Source: Paraphysomonas bandaiensis (taxonomy: Eukaryota; Protista; Chrysophyceae). Taken from it: 49,472 nucleotides of DNA. The stretch is from positions 1 through 49,472 of the forward strand of contig CBFFRP010000393.1 in NCBI GenBank assembly GCA_965644295.1. The letters run 5' to 3'. Position 1 is the first letter of the stretch. Every line of letters starts with the position of its first letter. Position numbers and translations under genes: made by a program. This document shows, piece after piece, positions 45,648-49,472 of the stretch. The notes below the pieces were generated by a model. The model saw only the letters and a program-made list of their open reading frames with translations. It did no database searches and was not told the origin of the DNA.

Positions 45648-46841
45648 CTACAAACTTTGAAATAGTTTCATTTTTTCCTCCACTTTCGATTCATCCCAAT
45701 ACAAGCTCATGAATGCATCTACAGCGCTGAGCCCAACTGTGGTATTTAATCTATCCATGTCGTGACCGCCTTCAACAACTCCCCATATCTCAGCCTGAAA
45801 CTCTTCCTCTACCCTGGCTGCAGCCTTAGCCTGCTCGAAATCAATATACCTACACATAAGAGCTAGTGCAATGACAACAGACTTGCATTCCATGGTGGCC
45901 GACTGCAAACATGCCAGCTCAAAGTGGTCCTGTAAATCCCGATTAGAGGTAAATATAATTATGAAGGAAATTTCACATACCAGACTCTCAATAATTCGTG
46001 TCACGCGCTCAACAGATGCCTGAGGATGTGCTACTCTTCCCCCCATATTATCGGTGGTTTTAAGCTCAACACCTAAAGCCCGCTTTATCCACTTATGTAG
46101 TGGGTGGAAGTGTTTTTTTTGAGCCTTGAGAAGTATCCTGTCCTCAGGAGTGGTGAAGAAAAGTGTGGAGTCTAAACACTCCGTCACACATGAATGTAAT
46201 ATATTGTACACATGTGGCGTACCTGTAGGAAGAAACCTGAGACATGTGCGCCGTGCATCATTGGGGTCCAGTCGTATCTGGTCCAGGGCGGTGGCTGTGA
46301 ACATATTACTACGGCGAAACCAATGAAACGTACGTACATGCTAGAATGGTATATGGCATAGACGCCGGGACTATACCGCGGGATTTGTCTAATTGAGCAT
46401 CCCACTCCAAGGCTATCATCGAAGCAAGTTCAGCATTGGGAAGCTATTTACTTCGTTAAACAAAAATTTTCATAGCACGAGAACATACATGCAGTGTATT
46501 CCTCGCAGGAGTCTTTAAATTCCTTCCATCCAGCATGATCTTATACAACTGTATACTCGTTTAATCGTATAAATATCCCCAAATTTATATAACCTTATCA
46601 GAGCCATCATGAGGGATGACATCAACATATTTATAGAATCGCATACGTCCTCCAATTCTCTGATGAATAGTTTCTGCATGTAATCCAGATTCAGTATGAC
46701 CTGAAAAGATATATATGTGAGTATGGGTGACTATAGTGTGACTATATATATGATACCACTGCATGGACGTATTAGACGATACCATGGAGAAGACACACTG
46801 CTTAGAGCTGATTTTCTGGCAGATCGTAGTGCCCAAGACAT
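45648..46841 (-). CDS. ATP12: Mitochondrial F1-ATPase assembly factor ATP12 (ATPAF2), multi-exon
   Basis: Transit peptide MSWALRSARKS..., RFYKYVDV, LDGRNLKTP, AARVEEEFQAEIWGVVEGGHD. Confidence 0.92.
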
Positions 46842-47312
46842 ATCAAAACCAAGTTCAATTAATTAACTCGGTTAAGACACCTATATACTTGAGATATATA
46901 GATAGATGATGTATATGTGTTGCAAACAGTGCAATCGTCTGGACCTCACCACTATGCATATACTGACTGTAAAGCTCTTGTTTTCAGTGTAAGTCACTGG
47001 AAACCCTGCTTTTCTTCATTTGATTTTCTATTATTTTTCCATTTTTGAGATGACATAAACCATAAAAGCCCTGCTATATGTCTTCTCTACAACAACATGT
47101 CCTGAGTATGCCTGTATATATCCTACTATTATTATATGCGTTTTTGTTGCTTGTTTTTTTAGTTGCCGTTGTTATCATATCATACATATACAAGCCTATG
47201 AGAGCTCCAATCCATATATATTAACACTATATATAATATATACTTCGATAGAATCATTTGTCACACTCTCTCATTTATCGAGTACATCCTATTTCTATTA
47301 TTTTAGGGAGTA

Positions 47313-48961
47313 ATGGCTACTGATAATGAGTTAGATTCATTACAGGCGAAAGTAGTTGTACTTGGCGACCCCCGTACAGGGAAATCTAGTATTGTTAGAT
47401 CACTGGATCCATATTGTCGAAGTGTAAGTCAAACAGGATCATCTGGAGAGCAAACTAGTTTTACTGTGATAGAAATTCCATCGAATGAATTAGACGCTGC
47501 TGTGGCTAATGTGTATTTAAAGTTTTGGGAGTATACGGGAGCTGGAAAAAAAGAACAGGAAGTCGCATTTCCTGGTGCTCTATTTTGTATTATTACACTT
47601 GATATGAGGGCACCAGAAACAGCTAATTCTGCATTTAACAAATGGATTGCATTGAAAGAAGCACATATGCCAGGTCAGTTTATCCATTACATATCACGCA
47701 TAATGGTTTAAACTTATCAACAACAGAAAGCTTCCTTTTCGTCGTGGGCACGTTTTTAGATTTTGCCGCCCAAAGACGAGTCGAAATTGCCGATATATGT
47801 AAAGCTTGTGCTCAAAAGGAAGCTATATATATTGAAGTTTCTAATATGGATGGCAGCAATATTACGCTACTCCGGCGGTTGATTTGTCAGCGATTAAACC
47901 AAATGCTGAAGATCCGGGAGGAACAGAAGCGGCTGGCAGCCACCGCTGCATCCAGAGGAGAGCCGAGTAATACCGCTCAGGAAGGTAAGCAGGACGTGGA
48001 GGGTGGTGCGTACTCAGACGAGTCTAAGAGCGCACCCGTGGATCTCATTCTGGATTCTCTTAGTCCTGCTATCCTTGAACGTCATATTCTGGGGAATAGC
48101 GTGGGAAATATACTTGCAAGCACATTGAATTCCTCTGTAGTATCTGGCTTAGATGAGCAGTGGCAGGGCTTTGATGCTGAGCAACAGAATCTTTCACATG
48201 TCGGAAAACGCATCTCATCTTTTATTGACCAGTTAAGTCAAGGTGGACGATTATCTCTTCCTGAAGACGCGCCACCTCCCCCTCCACCGGTCAATAGGGG
48301 CACCCACCTCTCTGAGCCCGATTCTGAAGAAATACGCCACCTTTTTGATATGATGGGTCTTCCTTTACCTGCTTCCCTACGTGTTGGCCACGATGAAGGA
48401 GACAATGGGAAGAACAGGGTCTCTGTCAAACTCAAAGTGCGACTTCCAGACAACAGCTTTGCACACCTAGTTTTGCGTTCGGGAGATGATATCGAGCGTA
48501 TGGTGCATCACTTTGCTGCTGGGCATGGAATGCTGGACAAAGGATCAGTCAGTCGACTGGTGGACGTTGGAACTCGAATGCTGCGACGTGCAGAAGCTGA
48601 AAACGATTCAGGACAGCACGATACTGGAGCATCCAGCAAACCAGTAATTAGCCCAGGAGAAAAAAGTGTAGGGTCAAATGCAAGCCCACGTAAGCCCCGT
48701 CGTTGCAAAGCCAGGATCCAGCTACCGAATAATCAGGTCAGCAGTATGTGTATGCATGCGGTAATTACATTTGTGTTCACAATATGGTTGTAGGTCCTAG
48801 AGACTGTAGTTACAAGGGGTGAGGATGCTATGGTTATTGCTAGACGCCTATCTGAGGAGCATGGACTTTCTATGGGATTTCAACATAAGATATGGGAACA
48901 GTTACAGTTAGCACTGGACTCTTTAGAAAGGTCTGGCAGTAATTCAGTGAAGAGGAATTAA
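47313..48961 (+). CDS. Atypical Rab-like small GTPase domain protein with long C-terminal extension, 3 exons
   Basis: G1 VVVLGDPRTGKSS, degenerate G3 LKFWEYTG, G4 VVGTFLD, G5 IEVSN. Introns ~47674-47726 and ~48737-48793. Ends TAA at 48961. Confidence 0.75.
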
Positions 48962-49210
48962 GTTACTAAATCCTTGGTTGGAACACACCGGTATTTGCTT
49001 GTGTTGGTAATTTTGTGCTGGTCATATCTTCGTGTAGCATTCGTAGTGATTATTGCCTGTACACGGTTGATATGTTCACACGGTTGTAATGCATGGGATA
49101 CAATCGTTGTGCAATATGTGTACTGAAATTTTCGTTTATCCGTATATCTGTGCATAGATTAGTTAGAATAATATTTAAAACGGCTGTTTAATTAAGTTAT
49201 TACTGAGGAT

Positions 49211-49345
49211 CAGGGAAAGGGAAAAATATATCGCAATGCTGTTGTCGGATAGCGTTCCATCAATAGTATTGATGGAGTTTCTAAATTGGCCCAACAATAC
49301 TATTGCAATATATTGTGTATAGCAATATAATGTTGCCGAACCCTG
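49211..49345. mobile_element. hAT-type MITE (135 bp)
   Basis: CAGGG...CCCTG ends with CAATATATTG/CAATAGTATTG motifs as at 38600. Left flank CTGAGGAT; right flank CTGAGCTA then CTGAGGAT. Confidence 0.6.
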
Positions 49346-49472
49346 CTGAGCTACTGAGGATCAATAGCTTGCGTAGTACATTGCGAGTTCATATAATTGT
49401 CAGTGACAAATATTGCTGCACAAATATACTTGCAAATCTCATGTGATGTTTAGCTGAGTTGCTTAACAATCG

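Noticed and set aside
1-49472. tRNA or rRNA genes
   Set aside because: None recognised by eye; a covariance-model scan was not run.

Overview
Eukaryotic nuclear DNA. It is gene-dense with short (~45-60 nt) GT-AG introns, standard genetic code. Gene and retroelement types suggest a stramenopile (inference). Left to right: (1) the 5' half of an apparently intact Ty1/copia (CoDi-like) LTR retrotransposon on the minus strand, running off the left edge and inserted into a broken PAF-acetylhydrolase-like gene; (2) three intronless paralogous 7TM GPCR-like genes. Each has independently expanded a different tandem repeat in its tail built around the same PSFDQWQ motif, and each ends at an amber (TAG) codon where the repeat encodes Gln, with repeat homology continuing beyond; (3) a housekeeping block, mostly head-to-head pairs: ceramide synthase/WIPI3-like, SPF30/RPL30, an FkbM-like methyltransferase, PDHX (E3BP), SLC35F/CDC14, ATP12/atypical Rab-like GTPase; (4) an intronless 2283-aa ORF with a split MICAL-like FAD-monooxygenase fold and about six C-terminal TM helices; (5) solo LTRs, MITEs and a hAT remnant. 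The best candidates for an undescribed system are the 7TM repeat-tail receptor cluster and the giant membrane flavoenzyme. All calls come from manual reading; no database searches were run.
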